From: a virus
Taxonomy: Duplodnaviria > Caudoviricetes
Strand: one strand, 5' to 3'
IMG/VR virus record: IMGVR_UViG_3300033406_000405
Location: 1 to 46,645 of that record
Length of the DNA: 46,645 bases
How positions within the stretch are numbered: the first letter of the stretch is position 1; each line of letters starts with the position of its first letter. Below the pieces are notes generated by a model. It saw nothing but the letters and a program-made list of their open reading frames with translations, was not told the DNA's origin and ran no database searches. Positions 45,972 through 46,645 of this stretch are shown in pieces. Made by a program: the position numbers and the translations under genes.

Positions 45972-46412
45972 TTACGATACAGTGACTACGCAAGTTGCTA
46001 CGGTAAGCTCATACCCGAAAATGGCTGCGGACACCGTTAATGTCGCAGTATCCGCAGCCACCCATGCCGCAGCACTACCCGTAAGGGTTACGGTTAAGAC
46101 ACCATCCGTCATATCATGGGAGCCTGCCGCCGGTGAAATGCTGGCCGTGCCAGCAGTGGAGGTATCCGCAATAGCCAACGTTACCGGGCCATTATACCAA
46201 GAACATACTTCTCCACCAGACGTTTTCAATGTAACAGTTATGGCTTGCGTAAATCCTGTACTGCCGGCCGATTCGCTAACCGTTGAAGGACTGACATTTA
46301 GCACCATATCGCCGGACAAGGCTTTAATCAAACTAACCAGAGTATCCCGGCTACCGGAACCATTCGCTACTATATGTTCATACAGGGCTTGCTGCCCATC
46401 AGTCATACTCAT
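45972..46412 (-). CDS. Ig-like head decoration/accessory virion protein
   Basis: Directly after the capsid gene. T/A/S-rich beta-sandwich. ATG at 46412 after GAAAGGA. Confidence 0.55.
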   Translation of the reverse strand: MSMTDGQQALYEHIVANGSGSRDTLVSLIKALSGDMVLNVSPSTVSESAGSTGFTQAITVTLKTSGGEVCSWYNGPVTLAIADTSTAGTASISPAAGSHDMTDGVLTVTLTGSAAAWVAADTATLTVSAAIFGYELTVATCVVTVS

Positions 46413-46465
46413 GTAAGACCATCCTTTCAAACTAAAGTAAGGGTAAGAGCTACGCTCCCACCCTC

Positions 46466-46645
46466 TTATGCATCCGCAACAGACGCAGTATACACATGCA
46501 GTACGCCAAAGTCTTCGTCATTGTACACCGATTTAGCAATACCGAAGATTTGCCCAAATTCGAATCCAACTTTATTCCCATAGTCAAATTCTTCTTCATT
46601 CCATTCCGGGTCACTGCCAACAGCAAAGCAAGCGGCCTGTGCTCC
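46466..46645 (-). CDS. Major capsid protein, N4-gp56/DUF4043-like (3' end only; missed by the ORF track)
   Basis: GAQAACFAVGSDPEWNEEEFDYGNKVGFEFGQIFGIAKSVYNDEDFGVLHVYTASVADA*, followed by a hairpin at 46440-46464. Confidence 0.85.
   Translation of the reverse strand, partial: GAQAACFAVGSDPEWNEEEFDYGNKVGFEFGQIFGIAKSVYNDEDFGVLHVYTASVADA

Larger units (their letters stand above)
1..46645 (-). mobile_element. Prophage or phage-plasmid segment (podovirus-like virion module, lysis, cargo); both ends lie outside the window or cannot be located
   Basis: Co-oriented capsid, adaptors, nozzle, ejection proteins, tailspikes, holin-like gene and amidase. No tape-measure or sheath gene. No housekeeping genes. 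Confidence 0.9.

Noticed and set aside
1725-46583. Numerous plus-strand ORFs antisense to long minus-strand genes
   Set aside because: Antisense shadows without RBS or protein motifs.
1-46645. Integrase, att sites, terminase/portal, tRNA or rRNA genes
   Set aside because: None recognisable. Integrated versus plasmid state cannot be decided from this window.

Overview
The whole window reads as part of one prophage or phage-plasmid with podovirus-like morphogenesis genes, almost all on the minus strand. The host is probably a spore-forming Firmicute, likely Negativicutes/Sporomusaceae. This is inferred from Firmicute-type RBS and LexA boxes and the style of the accessory genes, and is not proven. 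In transcription order (right to left) the genes are: the 3' end of an N4-gp56/DUF4043-like major capsid protein, an Ig-like protein, three paralogous head-tail adaptors (one apparently starting at ATT), a nozzle/tail-tubular protein, small tail proteins, GNAT-like and ejection proteins, and a ~4865-aa polyvalent DarB-like protein (lytic transglycosylase, ddrB-ParB-like, HExxH, N6-MTase, SF2 helicase). Then come two tailspike + small-partner cassettes and an unusual lysis region (holin-like, amidase, papain C1A protease, Ig-domain protein, permuted NlpC/P60). Cargo and morons include a diguanylate cyclase, DUF1847, an MCP, a LexA-controlled dinB cassette, secreted proteins and an IS1182/IS256 scar. 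There are two top candidates for novelty. (1) An operon at 574-3720 combines ParM, a ParR-like protein, a TM-less FtsK/SpoIIIE ATPase, a MOB_C-type relaxase and a SpoIIIAC-like membrane protein, with a sporulation-sigma-like promoter and a downstream phased repeat/palindrome array. It may deliver element DNA into the forespore. (2) A 130-aa gene with its own RBS is overprinted in the +1 frame inside the giant protein. No integrase, att site, terminase, tRNA, rRNA or CRISPR array is visible. All family calls come from motif recognition by eye, with no database searches.
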